A stretch of 28,966 nucleotides of DNA from an uncultured Candidatus Sumerlaeota bacterium (GTDB lineage: Bacteria; Bacillota; SLNR01; JBMNPB01), in contig CAZHIT010000001.1 in NCBI GenBank assembly GCA_964533125.1, positions 1 through 28,966 on the forward strand, given 5' to 3'. How positions within the stretch are numbered: the stretch's first letter is position 1; every line of letters starts with the position of its first letter. The position numbers and the translations under genes are program-made. Of this stretch, positions 15,335 to 24,941 are shown in pieces. Below the pieces are notes generated by a model. That model had not been told where the DNA came from. It worked only from the letters and a program-made list of their open reading frames with translations, and searched no databases.

Positions 15335-16006
15335 ATGACAATGGTGGAGTTAACGGTTGCTCTCCCCAAGGGCCGCTTATTGCAGCCGGCGGTCGAGCTG
15401 CTCTCGGCGGGTGGACTGGATTGCCGCAGTGTGGATGAGGATTCGCGCCGGCTGGTGTTTTGGGATGAGGCCGGAGAACTGCGCCTGATCACCACCCGCC
15501 CGAGCGATGTCCCGACCTATGTGGACCACGGGGCGGCGGACATTGGCCTGGTGGGGAAGGATGTGCTGCTGGAGGAGCCCCGGGATGTGTACGAACTGCT
15601 GGACCTGCGCTTTGGGCTGTGCCGCTTCGTCCTGGCCGCCCCCCGGGAACGGAAAAACAGCGGGAGTTATCTTTCGGGTCTGCGGGTGGCGACGAAGTTT
15701 CCCCGAATCACGGCCGACTATTTCCACCGCAAAGGGATCCACGCCGAGATCATCAAGCTCAATGGCGCGGTGGAACTAGCCCCCGGGGTGGGGCTGGCGG
15801 ATATGATTGTGGACATCGTGTCGACGGGGAAGACCCTGGCGGACAACAATCTGGTGATCGTCGATGAGATTTTTCAAACCACCGCCCGGCTTATCGCCAA
15901 CCGGGCCAGCTATCGGTTGAAGGCAGAGCGGATTGGGCAGCTAATGACGGCGCTCCAGGGGGTACTGGCAGAGGAGGGGAAGACCAATGCGGTTTTGGAC
16001 GGGTAA
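15335..16006 (+). CDS. hisG: ATP phosphoribosyltransferase, short form
   Basis: VALPKGRL, RPSDVPTYV, ADIGLVGKDVLLE, VATKFP, GAVELAP; start may be 15332, 15335 or 15341. Confidence 0.96.
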   Translation: MTMVELTVALPKGRLLQPAVELLSAGGLDCRSVDEDSRRLVFWDEAGELRLITTRPSDVPTYVDHGAADIGLVGKDVLLEEPRDVYELLDLRFGLCRFVLAAPRERKNSGSYLSGLRVATKFPRITADYFHRKGIHAEIIKLNGAVELAPGVGLADMIVDIVSTGKTLADNNLVIVDEIFQTTARLIANRASYRLKAERIGQLMTALQGVLAEEGKTNAVLDG

Positions 16007-17270
16007 GGAGTTTTTGCATAATACGCCGGTGAAGCGCCTTGCGGATTTGACCGCTTACGAAACCGGGGTGCGGGAGATTGTGGATGGGGTGCGGGCCGGG
16101 GGCGACCGGGCGCTCTGCGCTTACACCGAACAGTACGACGGGGTGCGGCTGACTGCCGGGGAACTGACCGTGCGCCCGGAAGAAATGCAGGCGGCCCGGG
16201 CGGCGGTGAGCGATGCGCTCTGGCGGGCGCTGGAGCAGGCGAAAGCGAACATCGCCGCCTTCCACCGCCGCCAGCTGCGCCAGGCCTGGCTGCAGACGGC
16301 GGCCGACGGCAGTATCCTGGGGCAGATGTACCAGCCTCTGGAGCGGGTGGGAATCTATGTGCCGGGCGGCACGGCCCGCTACCCCTCCTCGGTGCTGATG
16401 ACGGCGGTGCCGGCAGTGATCGCCGGGGTAAAGGAGATTATTATGTGTACCCCGCCCGGACCGGAGGGGCGGATTGACCCCTCGGTTCTGGCGGCGGCGG
16501 AACTGGCCGGGGTGACCCGGATTATCAAGGCGGGCGGGGCGCAGGCGATCGCGGCTCTGGCGTACGGGACGGAGACTATCCCGGCGGTGGACAAGATCGT
16601 GGGGCCGGGAAATATCTATGTGACGGCGGCGAAAAAACTGGTGTACGGCCAAGTGGATATCGATATGCTGGCGGGACCGAGCGAGGTGCTGGTGCTGGCG
16701 GACCGGTCGGCCAATCCCCGCTGGGCAGCGGCGGACCTCCTGGCCCAGGCGGAGCACGACCAGCTTTCCGGGGTAGTGCTGGTGACGACGGAGCGGGCGC
16801 TGGCAGAGGAAATCGCCGCCGAGGTGGATCGGCAGATAGAAGCCCTGCCCCGCCGGGAGATCGCCGCGGCCGCGCTCGCGCGGAACGGGGCGGCGGTCAT
16901 CGTTGAGGACCTGGCCGAGGGGATTGCCGTGGTCAACCACTACGCACCGGAGCATCTGGAACTGCTGATCGGGAATCCCTTCGGGGTCCTGGGGCAGATC
17001 CGGCACGCCGGGGCCATCTTCGTCGGGCCATGTTCGCCGGAGCCGGCGGGAGACTACGCCGCCGGCCCGAACCATGTGCTCCCGACCGGCGGCACGGCGC
17101 GCTACGCTTCGGCGCTGGGAGTGGACAGCTTCCGCAAGACCAGCAATGTAATCGCCCTGTCGCCGGGGGGTTTGGCGGCGGTGAGTGACAGCGTGATGAC
17201 CATCGCCGCGGTGGAAGGGCTAACCGCCCACGCCCGGGCGATTGAGGTAAGGGGGGAAGAGGATGTCTGA
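15987..17270 (+). CDS. hisD: Histidinol dehydrogenase
   Basis: [45 protein letters not shown]. Confidence 0.97.
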   Translation: MRFWTGKEFLHNTPVKRLADLTAYETGVREIVDGVRAGGDRALCAYTEQYDGVRLTAGELTVRPEEMQAARAAVSDALWRALEQAKANIAAFHRRQLRQAWLQTAADGSILGQMYQPLERVGIYVPGGTARYPSSVLMTAVPAVIAGVKEIIMCTPPGPEGRIDPSVLAAAELAGVTRIIKAGGAQAIAALAYGTETIPAVDKIVGPGNIYVTAAKKLVYGQVDIDMLAGPSEVLVLADRSANPRWAAADLLAQAEHDQLSGVVLVTTERALAEEIAAEVDRQIEALPRREIAAAALARNGAAVIVEDLAEGIAVVNHYAPEHLELLIGNPFGVLGQIRHAGAIFVGPCSPEPAGDYAAGPNHVLPTGGTARYASALGVDSFRKTSNVIALSPGGLAAVSDSVMTIAAVEGLTAHARAIEVRGEEDV

Positions 17271-18348
17271 TTGGGGACGGCCGGAACTGCGGGATTTAGC
17301 TCCATATACGGTTTCAACCCGGACTTACCCGGTCAAGCTGGATGCGAACGAAGCGCCGGCTGACTTCCCGCCGGAACTGAAGGACGAGGTCCTGCGGCGT
17401 CTGATGGATATTGATTTTTCCCGGTATCCAGAGAAACTGGCCGGGGAACTGCAGACAACTCTGGGTGAGTTCCTGGGTGTTGGGTCGGATAAAATCCTCC
17501 TGGGTAACGGCTCGGACGAACTGATCCAAATGCTGGCGCTGGCGTTCGGGACGGGACGCAAGGTCCTGTATCCGGCGCCGACCTTCTCCATGTACCGCTT
17601 GAGCGCCTTGATCGCCGGGGCCGAACCGGTGGCGGTGCCGCTAACGGCAAATTTTGGGCTGGATGCTGAAAGTTTGATTGCGGCAGCCGAAGGTGAACCG
17701 GGTTTGATCTTCATCTGTAATCCGAACAATCCGACCGGCAACTCTTTCCCGACGGCGTCAATCGAGCGTATCCTGCAGGAGACCCGGGCAGTCGTGGCGG
17801 TGGACGAGGCGTACGCCGACTATGCCGGCCAAAGCCTGCTCCCGCTGGTGGAGCGGTACGAACGGCTGGTAATCTTGCGGACTTTCTCCAAAGCTTTTGG
17901 TCTCGCCGGCATCCGGGTAGGTTATGCGGTGGCCGGACCGGGCTTGCTCTCGGAACTGGCGAAGGTGAAACCGCCCTATAGCCTCAACTGCTTCGCCCTC
18001 GCGGTTGCTAAGGTGGCGGTAGAGTACCCCGGTTACCGGCAGGAGCGGATTGTCTTGGCGGCAGAGGAACGAGAACGGGTGTGCCGGCGCCTGCAAGCCC
18101 TGTCCGGGATCCAACCCTATCCTTCCGAAACCAACTTCATTCTGTTTCGGGCTGCCGGGCGGGGAGCGGCGGTGGGGGAGGCCCTGCGGGCGCGGGGGAT
18201 CGCGATCCGGTCGTTTGGCCGGGATGAGATGCTAACGGATTGTCTGCGGGTGAGCATCGGGAGCAAGAGCGACAACGACCGCTTTCTGACGGAGGTATCT
18301 TCAATTATGGATAGTCAGCCGGAAGCGGAGGAGGGAGGAAAAGGATGA
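17263..18348 (+). CDS. hisC: Histidinol-phosphate aminotransferase
   Basis: KLDANE, GNGSDELI, CNPNNPTG, DEAY, RTFSKAFGLAGIRVGY. Confidence 0.96.
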   Translation: MSDWGRPELRDLAPYTVSTRTYPVKLDANEAPADFPPELKDEVLRRLMDIDFSRYPEKLAGELQTTLGEFLGVGSDKILLGNGSDELIQMLALAFGTGRKVLYPAPTFSMYRLSALIAGAEPVAVPLTANFGLDAESLIAAAEGEPGLIFICNPNNPTGNSFPTASIERILQETRAVVAVDEAYADYAGQSLLPLVERYERLVILRTFSKAFGLAGIRVGYAVAGPGLLSELAKVKPPYSLNCFALAVAKVAVEYPGYRQERIVLAAEERERVCRRLQALSGIQPYPSETNFILFRAAGRGAAVGEALRARGIAIRSFGRDEMLTDCLRVSIGSKSDNDRFLTEVSSIMDSQPEAEEGGKG

Positions 18349-18932
18349 TGCGCGAAGGCAGCGTGACCAGGCAGACCGCCGAGACCGACATCAGATTATC
18401 CTGCCGTCTGGAGGGGATCGGAGAAGCGTCCATCCGGACCCCGGTCGGTTTCTTGAACCATATGTTAGCCCTCCTGGCCCGGCACGGCGGACTGGGCCTG
18501 AAGATCGAAGCAGCGGGCGATACGGTGGTGGATGACCACCACCTGACCGAAGACATCGGGATTTGCCTGGGGGAAGCCCTGCGGCAAGCGTTAGGTGATA
18601 AAGCGGGGATTAACCGCTACGGGGCGGCGCTGATCCCGATGGACGAGGCGCTGGCCCAGGTGGTGATCGATCTGAGCGGCCGTCCCTACCTGGTCTGGAA
18701 TGTCATGCTCCCGGCGGCCAAAGTGGGCAGCTTTGATACGGAGCTGGCGGAGGAGTTTATGCGGGCGCTCGCGAACCACGCCGGTCTGACACTGCACATT
18801 AATGTCCCTTACGGGAAGAACACGCATCATATTCTGGAGGCGGTGTTTAAAGGATTGGGGCACGCCCTGCGGCAGGCGGTCCGGCAGGAAGGACAATCTT
18901 CGGAAGTGCTGTCCACGAAGGGAATACTCTAG
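18345..18932 (+). CDS. hisB: Imidazoleglycerol-phosphate dehydratase (monofunctional)
   Basis: RQTAETDI, FLNHML, DDHHLTED, PMDEAL, NTHHILEAVFK. Confidence 0.97.
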   Translation: MMREGSVTRQTAETDIRLSCRLEGIGEASIRTPVGFLNHMLALLARHGGLGLKIEAAGDTVVDDHHLTEDIGICLGEALRQALGDKAGINRYGAALIPMDEALAQVVIDLSGRPYLVWNVMLPAAKVGSFDTELAEEFMRALANHAGLTLHINVPYGKNTHHILEAVFKGLGHALRQAVRQEGQSSEVLSTKGIL

Positions 18933-18944
18933 AAAGGCGGGGAT

Positions 18945-19583
18945 ATGATGCTGACCATTGTCGACTACGGGATGGGCAATTTAGGCAGTGTGACCAAGGC
19001 ATTCAATCATCTGGGTTTTCCGGTGCAGGTGACCGGCGATCCGGTGGAGGTGCGGCAGGCGGAGCAACTGGTGCTGCCGGGGGTGGGGGCCTTTGGGGCG
19101 GCTATGGCCAATCTGGAAGCTACCGGTTTGGATATAGCTCTCAGGGATTATGTCCGGACCGGGCGACCGCTCCTGGGGATCTGCCTCGGGATGCAGCTCC
19201 TGGCTTCAATCGGGGAAGAAATGGGGAGCTTTGCTGGCCTCGCGATCATCCCGGGGAAAACCCGGCAGCTTGCCCCCGGGGTCAAGCTGCCCCAGGTCGG
19301 GTGGAACCGGATCGACATTGAGCGCGACATCCCGCTGCTGCGGGGCATCGCGAACGGCTCCTGGGTCTATTTCGTCCATTCCTATTGTTTTGATCCGGCG
19401 GAAGCGGGGGCGGCGGCCGCGACCACGGAATACGGGGAGCGGTTTTGCTCGGTTGTGGCCCAGGGCAACGTCTATGGGGTGCAGTTCCACCCCGAGAAGA
19501 GCAGCCAGGTGGGGCTTTCGATCCTGGGGAATTTTGCCCGGCTGACGGGGAGGGATACGTATGCGGATTATCCCGGCCATTGA
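18945..19583 (+). CDS. hisH: Imidazole glycerol phosphate synthase, glutamine amidotransferase subunit
   Basis: DYGMGNL, LPGVGAF, GICLGMQLL, YFVHSY, QFHPEKS. Confidence 0.97.
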   Translation: MMLTIVDYGMGNLGSVTKAFNHLGFPVQVTGDPVEVRQAEQLVLPGVGAFGAAMANLEATGLDIALRDYVRTGRPLLGICLGMQLLASIGEEMGSFAGLAIIPGKTRQLAPGVKLPQVGWNRIDIERDIPLLRGIANGSWVYFVHSYCFDPAEAGAAAATTEYGERFCSVVAQGNVYGVQFHPEKSSQVGLSILGNFARLTGRDTYADYPGH

Positions 19584-20304
19584 TTTGCGGGGCGGCCGCT
19601 GCGTCCGCTTGTTGCAGGGGGACTATGGGCGGGAGACGGTGTTCGGGGACGATCCTCTGGCGATGGCCCGGCGGTGGGCGGAGCAGGGAGCCGAAATCTT
19701 ACACGTGGTGGACCTCGATGGAGCGCGGGCTGGTGAATCCCGGCAGCTGGCGGTGGCTGTGGCCATCAGCCGGGCGACCGGGCTCCCGGTGCAATTGGGC
19801 GGGGGCCTGCGGACGCGGGCGGCGGTGGCAGAGGCTCTGAACGCGGGGATAGAGCGGGTAGTCCTGGGAACGGCGGCGGTAAACTCACCCGATCTGGTCC
19901 GGGAACTGGTGGCGGCCTATGGTCCTCGCCTCGTGGTGGGGATCGACGCCCGGGCCGGGAAGGCGGCGGTGGGCGGGTGGCTAGCGACGACCGGGAAGAA
20001 TGCCTTCACTCTGGCGAAAGAGATGCAGGACTGCGGAGTGGAGGAGATTATCTATACGGATATCCAGCGGGACGGGATGCTGTCCGGCCCGGATATCGCC
20101 GGATTGCGGATGCTGCTGGCGCTGGGGCTGCGGGTGAACGCTTCCGGGGGAGTGGGGACGCTCGCGGATATCCGGGAGCTGAAAGCTTTGGAAGCGGCGG
20201 GGCTGACCGGGGTAATTATCGGCCAAGCCCTATATACAGGGAGAATCGAACTGTCGGCCGCCATCCGGGTGGCCGGGGGAAGGGGTGAACAGGATGCTGG
20301 GTAA
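19561..20304 (+). CDS. hisA: ProFAR isomerase
   Basis: [47 protein letters not shown]. Confidence 0.97.
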   Translation: MRIIPAIDLRGGRCVRLLQGDYGRETVFGDDPLAMARRWAEQGAEILHVVDLDGARAGESRQLAVAVAISRATGLPVQLGGGLRTRAAVAEALNAGIERVVLGTAAVNSPDLVRELVAAYGPRLVVGIDARAGKAAVGGWLATTGKNAFTLAKEMQDCGVEEIIYTDIQRDGMLSGPDIAGLRMLLALGLRVNASGGVGTLADIRELKALEAAGLTGVIIGQALYTGRIELSAAIRVAGGRGEQDAG

Positions 20305-21052
20305 GCGGATTATCCCCTGCCTGGATGTGAAGGACGGGCGGGTGGTCAAGGGGGTCAACTTCGTGGCGCTGCAAGACGCCGGCGACCCGGTGGAACTGGC
20401 GGCGCTGTACGACCGGGAAGGTGCGGATGAAATAGCCTTTTTGGATATCTCGGCGACGGTGGAAGGACGCCAAACCATGCTGGAGGTGGTGCGCCGGGTG
20501 GCGGATAAGGTCTTTATCCCCTGCACCGTGGGCGGGGGAATCCGGAGTGTGGAGGATATCCGGGCGCTGCTGCGGGCGGGAGCAGACAAGATTTCGCTGA
20601 ATACGGCGGCAGTGCTGAACCCGGACCTGATCCGGCAGGGGGCGCAGAAGTTTGGCCGGCAGTGCATGGTGGTGGCCATCGACGCCCGGCGGAATGTGGC
20701 AGGGGCTTGGGAGGTCGTCACCCACGGCGGGCAGCAGGGCAACGGTCTGGAAGCGGTGGCCTGGGCGCAGGAGGTGGAAGCTTTAGGGGCGGGGGAGATA
20801 TTGCTCACCAGCATGGACCGGGACGGGACCAAGGTGGGATACGACCTGGAGCTGACCCGGGCGGTCGCAGCGACGGTGAACATCCCGGTGATCGCTTCCG
20901 GCGGTGCCGGCGAACTGGCAGACTTTGCGAGCGTGCTTCGGGAGGGGCAGGCGGATGCGGCGCTCGCAGCCTCGGTTTTCCACTACGGCCGCTTCCGGAT
21001 TAGGGAAGTGAAGCAGTATCTGGTCGAGGAAGGAATCGGGGTGCGGTTATGA
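20294..21052 (+). CDS. hisF: Imidazole glycerol phosphate synthase, cyclase subunit
   Basis: [52 protein letters not shown]. Confidence 0.97.
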   Translation: MLGKRIIPCLDVKDGRVVKGVNFVALQDAGDPVELAALYDREGADEIAFLDISATVEGRQTMLEVVRRVADKVFIPCTVGGGIRSVEDIRALLRAGADKISLNTAAVLNPDLIRQGAQKFGRQCMVVAIDARRNVAGAWEVVTHGGQQGNGLEAVAWAQEVEALGAGEILLTSMDRDGTKVGYDLELTRAVAATVNIPVIASGGAGELADFASVLREGQADAALAASVFHYGRFRIREVKQYLVEEGIGVRL

Positions 21053-21864
21053 ATCAATGGATGGATGAGCTTAAGTTCAACGCTGAGGGACTGTTGCCGG
21101 CGATCATCCAGGCGTCGGCGACCGGGGAGGTCCTGATGCTGGCCTATATGAACCGGGAGGCCCTGGAGCTGACGGTAAAGGAAGGCCGGACCGTGTTTTA
21201 TAGCCGCAGCCGGCGCTGCCTGTGGCGCAAAGGTGAGACCTCCGGCGCGGTCCAGAAAGTCCGGCGGATTGGTTACGACTGCGACGCCGATACCCTCCTG
21301 GTGCAGGTTGACCAGACCGGCAGTGCCTGCCATACCGGGGAGCGCTCGTGCTTTTACCGGTGGGTGGGAGAGGAGCAGGGGTGGGCGGGAGAGCAGGGAT
21401 CGGCGGGGGACCAAGGATCAGCGGGGGACTTGGGGTTAGCAGAGGCGCATGGATCAGCGGAAGGCCAGGGATTGGCAGGGGCCCAAGGATCGGCAGAGAA
21501 GCAAGGCTTAGCAGACGTCCGAGGATCAGCGGGGAGCCGGGGATTAGCCGCGGATCAATGGTCGGCAGTCGGAAAGGACATCTTCCCGGAACTCTATGCC
21601 GTCATCCGGCAGCGCCGGGAGAACCCGGTCCCAGGTTCTTACACCGCCTCGCTGATGGCGGCAGGGAACGACCGGATCCTCCGCAAAATCGGGGAAGAAG
21701 CGGGCGAGGTAATCATCGCGGCCAAGAACGGCGACCCGACGGAGATGATTGCCGAGATGGCGGACCTGTGGTTCCACTCGCTGGTGGCGCTGGGGTACCA
21801 CGGGATCGAGCCCGCCCGGGTGTACGCGGAGCTGGCAAAGCGGCGCCGGCCGGAGGGGAAATGA
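21049..21864 (+). CDS. hisIE: Bifunctional PR-AMP cyclohydrolase / PR-ATP pyrophosphatase with a repeat-expanded linker
   Basis: [26 protein letters not shown] (HisI); [22 protein letters not shown] (HisE). Confidence 0.96.
   Translation: MNQWMDELKFNAEGLLPAIIQASATGEVLMLAYMNREALELTVKEGRTVFYSRSRRCLWRKGETSGAVQKVRRIGYDCDADTLLVQVDQTGSACHTGERSCFYRWVGEEQGWAGEQGSAGDQGSAGDLGLAEAHGSAEGQGLAGAQGSAEKQGLADVRGSAGSRGLAADQWSAVGKDIFPELYAVIRQRRENPVPGSYTASLMAAGNDRILRKIGEEAGEVIIAAKNGDPTEMIAEMADLWFHSLVALGYHGIEPARVYAELAKRRRPEGK
21373..21570 (+). repeat. 11 imperfect 18-bp tandem repeats encoding x-Q-G-[S/L]-A-[G/E] in the HisI-HisE linker
   Basis: Units: [66 protein letters not shown]. Confidence 0.9.
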
Positions 21865-22622
21865 TGCTGGTAGATTATCATGTGCACGCCCTGGGACACG
21901 GCGAATACCAACATAGCCCGGCTTCGATTGGGGCCTTTGCGGCGACCGCCCGGGCCAGGGGAATCGCCGAAATCGGGTTTGCCGACCACGCCTACTATTA
22001 TGAGCAATTCGATTTCACCACCTTCGCCGCCGTGCAGGAGCAGTATCCGGAGGTAAAGATCCAGCTGGGGATGGAAGTGGACTACTATCCGGGTCAAGGC
22101 GAGGCGATCAGGACATTCCTGCGGGGTTATAAACTGGATTTTGTCATCGGCTCGGTCCACAATATCGGCGACTGGACCTTTGACCACCCGGACTACCGGG
22201 AGCTCTACGGACTTTGGGAGAAAGCGGACTTGTACCGGGCGTACTACGGGATACTGAGCGAGGCTGCCGGCGCCGGTTTGTTCGATATTATCGGCCATCT
22301 GGACCTGATTAAGGTCTTCAACTACCGGCTTGCGGGGGCGGTGGACTATGCCGAACCGGCGATCGCGGCCATCGCCCGCTCGGGGCTGTGTGTGGAGCTG
22401 AACACCAATGGCCGCTACAAGCCGGTGGGAGAGTTCTACCCGGAGCCGGCCATCCTGGAGCGGTGTTTTGCCGCCAATATCCCCATCACCTTGGGTTCGG
22501 ACGCCCACGCCCCCGAAAACGTCGGGCGGGACCTGGCCCTGGCAGCGGAATGCGCCAAGCGGGCCGGGTACCGGCGGATTGCCGCCTTTGCGGGGCGGGA
22601 GCGGCGGCTGGTCAGCCTGTAG
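21861..22622 (+). CDS. hisK: Histidinol-phosphatase, PHP family (HisK/HisJ)
   Basis: DYHVH, ADH, GME, GSVH, GHLD, ELNT, GSDAH PHP motifs; ATGA overlap with the hisIE stop. Confidence 0.9.
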   Translation: MMLVDYHVHALGHGEYQHSPASIGAFAATARARGIAEIGFADHAYYYEQFDFTTFAAVQEQYPEVKIQLGMEVDYYPGQGEAIRTFLRGYKLDFVIGSVHNIGDWTFDHPDYRELYGLWEKADLYRAYYGILSEAAGAGLFDIIGHLDLIKVFNYRLAGAVDYAEPAIAAIARSGLCVELNTNGRYKPVGEFYPEPAILERCFAANIPITLGSDAHAPENVGRDLALAAECAKRAGYRRIAAFAGRERRLVSL

Positions 22623-22657
22623 GCGAGCGTTGATGCTACTGACGGGTAATAAGTACG

Positions 22658-22705
22658 ATGAGATAAGTTGCGGAGAAAATCCAAAAATTTATCTCATTTT
22701 TTATT
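22658..22705 (+). terminator. Probable his operon terminator (AU-rich stem)
   Basis: ATGAGATAA (22658-22666)/TTATCTCAT (22689-22697) inverted repeat followed by TTTTTATT. Confidence 0.6.
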
Positions 22706-22714
22706 GCAATATAC

Positions 22715-22743
22715 TTGACAATATTATTTATATATTATATCAT
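22715..22743 (+). promoter_or_regulatory. Strong sigmaA promoter for the BON gene in an AT-rich context
   Basis: TTGACA (22715-22720)-17 nt-TATCAT (22738-22743). Confidence 0.8.
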
Positions 22744-22909
22744 TAAGACGCGGGAACAAATCGGAAACCAAGGGCTGCACCGGTAACGACCGCGAGTGTC
22801 CCTCTTAAAAGGCAAACCCCTTCGGTCAGTGTTTCAGGCCAGGGGATACGGCCGGCAGCCTGGAATAAACGAATCGAAAACCAGGGGAAAAACGAAGGAG
22901 GAAGAAAAA

Positions 22910-23683
22910 ATGTCCAAAGACAAAAAGGCCCTCGAGAACCTGATCGCAATCCTCGGTTACAACCAGTACTTCACGGATGCTCAGATCAAAGCGGTAGTTG
23001 CGGACGGCGTGGTAACGCTCACCGGTACGGTCTGCGACTGGAAGCAGAAAGAAATGATCGAAGCCCTGGCCCGGAAGAACGACGGCGTGGTGAAGGTTGA
23101 CAATCAGCTCGAAATCGTGGAACCGGCGGTTGAGTCCCTGACCGAATTGGAAGTAATCAACACCGCGAACCGGCAGATGATTCCCGCGGTTCAGGACGCC
23201 CTGTTCGCTCACCCCTCCCTCAACGCCGCGGCGGTGGGAATTGTCGCCGCGAAGCGCCCCGGGGTCTTCTACCTGAAAGGCTTTGTGGCCAGTGAAGCCG
23301 ACTGGCAGGCGGCCGAAGCCGCGGCCAACACGGCCAAAGGCATCCGCTATGTGATCAACGACCTGACCGTGGACGCGACCAAAGTGGCGGAGTTCGCTGT
23401 CGCTGACGCGACGGAAAAGGCTGCCCCCAGCATCGGTCTGATGGAGAAATACGCGGTCAGCGGCCGGAACTCCATCCTCCTCACGGAAGTCAAGGAAGCC
23501 CTGCGGATGCACCCGAGCTTGAACGCGACCGGGATCGAAGTCACCGCGGACGCCACCGAAGTCGGCATCTTCGTCCTGAAGGGCACGGTCCCGACCGCAG
23601 CCGACAAACTGGCCGCCGAAGTCACCGCCCGCAAGGTCAATGGAGTCAAGTACATCGACAGCCGGCTCGAAGTCGTCGCTTAA
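22910..23683 (+). CDS. Triple BON-domain protein without signal peptide, 257 aa
   Basis: Three BON-like units (GVVTLTGTV...GVVKVDNQLEI; GVFYLKGFV...GIRYVINDLTV; GIFVLKGTV...GVKYIDSRLEV); ATG 22910 after AAGGAGG. Confidence 0.85.
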   Translation: MSKDKKALENLIAILGYNQYFTDAQIKAVVADGVVTLTGTVCDWKQKEMIEALARKNDGVVKVDNQLEIVEPAVESLTELEVINTANRQMIPAVQDALFAHPSLNAAAVGIVAAKRPGVFYLKGFVASEADWQAAEAAANTAKGIRYVINDLTVDATKVAEFAVADATEKAAPSIGLMEKYAVSGRNSILLTEVKEALRMHPSLNATGIEVTADATEVGIFVLKGTVPTAADKLAAEVTARKVNGVKYIDSRLEVVA

Positions 23684-23685
23684 TA

Positions 23686-23748
23686 CCCGGCAGACAGTCC
23701 AGGGAGAACAGCGCCGGATAGCCCGGCAGATAGTCACACCAGGGAGAA
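23686..23748 (+). repeat. Short imperfect direct repeat just upstream of and within the BON terminator
   Basis: CCCGGCAGACAGTCCAGGGAGAA (23686-23708) and CCCGGCAGATAGTCACACCAGGGAGAA (23722-23748). Confidence 0.75.
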
Positions 23749-23774
23749 ATGAAAATCATTTCTCCCTTTTTGTT
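23741..23774 (+). terminator. Intrinsic terminator after the BON gene
   Basis: Perfect 12-bp stem AGGGAGAAATGA/TCATTTCTCCCT, loop AAA, then TTTTGTT. Confidence 0.88.
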
Positions 23775-23884
23775 ATTCTGTCCGGACGGCAGGCGGAGAG
23801 TTGGCAGGAAGCGGTATCATTACGGCGAATCTAGCGGTATACTCAACCGGAGCAAGGCTGCGGCCGGGTAAGGAGGCGACAGGA

Positions 23885-24919
23885 TTGACCAAAGCGAGGG
23901 TGGGGCATTTACGGGTGGCGGTGAGCGGGATTCCCCGCGGGTACCATTTCCCCCGGCCGGATGGCAACTGGCTGACGGAGCAGCACCGGGCCAGGATTCA
24001 GGCTTTATCCCCGGCGGTGGAACTGGTGGAGGTCCCGGCGAATGCGGTGAACACCGCGGATCTGACTGGCTGTGAAGTGGTGATGGCCGAAGGGGGCAAC
24101 CGGACCCATTACCCGGGGGAGCTGGATTGGCCGGACTACCAGCGGTTCTTTGTCCCAAGCTTAAAATGGGTGCAGCTGTGCAGCACCGGGTTTAGTGATA
24201 ACATCACCCCGGAGGTACTCGCGGGTACAGTCACGCTGACCAACGCGCCTGGCCTGCATACCGTCCCGATTGCCGAGAGTGTACTCGCGAGTATGTTGGA
24301 CCACGCCAAAAACTTACGGCAGCGGCGTCTGGATCAGGCGGACCATAACTGGCGGCAGATCCATAACAGTGAACTCTCGGGCCGGACGGTGCTGCTGGTT
24401 GGCCTCGGGCGGATTGGTCAGGCGGTAGCCAGGCTGGCTCAGGCGTTTTCGATGCGGGTGATTGGGACGAAACGGCGGGTCGAACCGGTGCCGGGGGTGG
24501 ACCTGGTGTTCCCGGTGAGCGAGCTTTCCCGGTACCTGCCGGAAGCGGACTTTGTCGTCGTCACCACGCCCCTGACCCCGGCGACGGAGCACCTGCTGGA
24601 TGACGCCGCGCTGCGCCGGCTGTCGCCCAAGGCGTACCTGATCAACATCGCCCGCGGGCGGGTGGTCGATGAGGCGGCCCTGGTTGCGGCCCTGCGGGAG
24701 CAGCGGATTGCCGGGGCCTATCTGGATGCCTTTGCCGAAGAGCCCCTGCCGGCGGAACATCCGTTCTGGACGCTTGATAATGTCCTGCTGGTGCCGCACG
24801 ACAGCCACTCTTCGCCGTATATCGGGGACCGGATGGTTGAGATTTTTTGCGCCAACCTGAAACGGTATTTGGCGGGCGAACCGCTGCAAAATGTCTGCGA
24901 TCCGCGGCGCGGGTACTAA
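23885..24919 (+). CDS. D-2-hydroxyacid dehydrogenase family protein, probably NADP(H)-preferring
   Basis: GLGRIG followed by GTKRR (basic, no Asp); catalytic NIARG, EEPL, PHDS; TTG 23885 8 nt after AAGGAGG. Confidence 0.88.
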   Translation: MTKARVGHLRVAVSGIPRGYHFPRPDGNWLTEQHRARIQALSPAVELVEVPANAVNTADLTGCEVVMAEGGNRTHYPGELDWPDYQRFFVPSLKWVQLCSTGFSDNITPEVLAGTVTLTNAPGLHTVPIAESVLASMLDHAKNLRQRRLDQADHNWRQIHNSELSGRTVLLVGLGRIGQAVARLAQAFSMRVIGTKRRVEPVPGVDLVFPVSELSRYLPEADFVVVTTPLTPATEHLLDDAALRRLSPKAYLINIARGRVVDEAALVAALREQRIAGAYLDAFAEEPLPAEHPFWTLDNVLLVPHDSHSSPYIGDRMVEIFCANLKRYLAGEPLQNVCDPRRGY

Positions 24920-24941
24920 AGTTAGGGAGGAGAGGGAGAAA

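Noticed and set aside
21373-21570. CRISPR array or mobile-element repeat
   Set aside because: Repeats are contiguous 18-mers without spacers, degenerate and in frame inside hisIE; no cas genes
22811-22860. c-di-GMP-I riboswitch (GGCAAACC) or c-di-AMP riboswitch (GGGATAC) in the BON leader
   Set aside because: No GAAA-capped P2 and no GACGCAAA after GGCAAACC; no GCTGAATC/GGTACGG core for c-di-AMP
23811-23843. GCGGTATCAT / GCGGTATACT direct repeat upstream of the dehydrogenase as an operator
   Set aside because: Explained as two -10-like hexamers; no matching -35 or palindrome, so it cannot be supported
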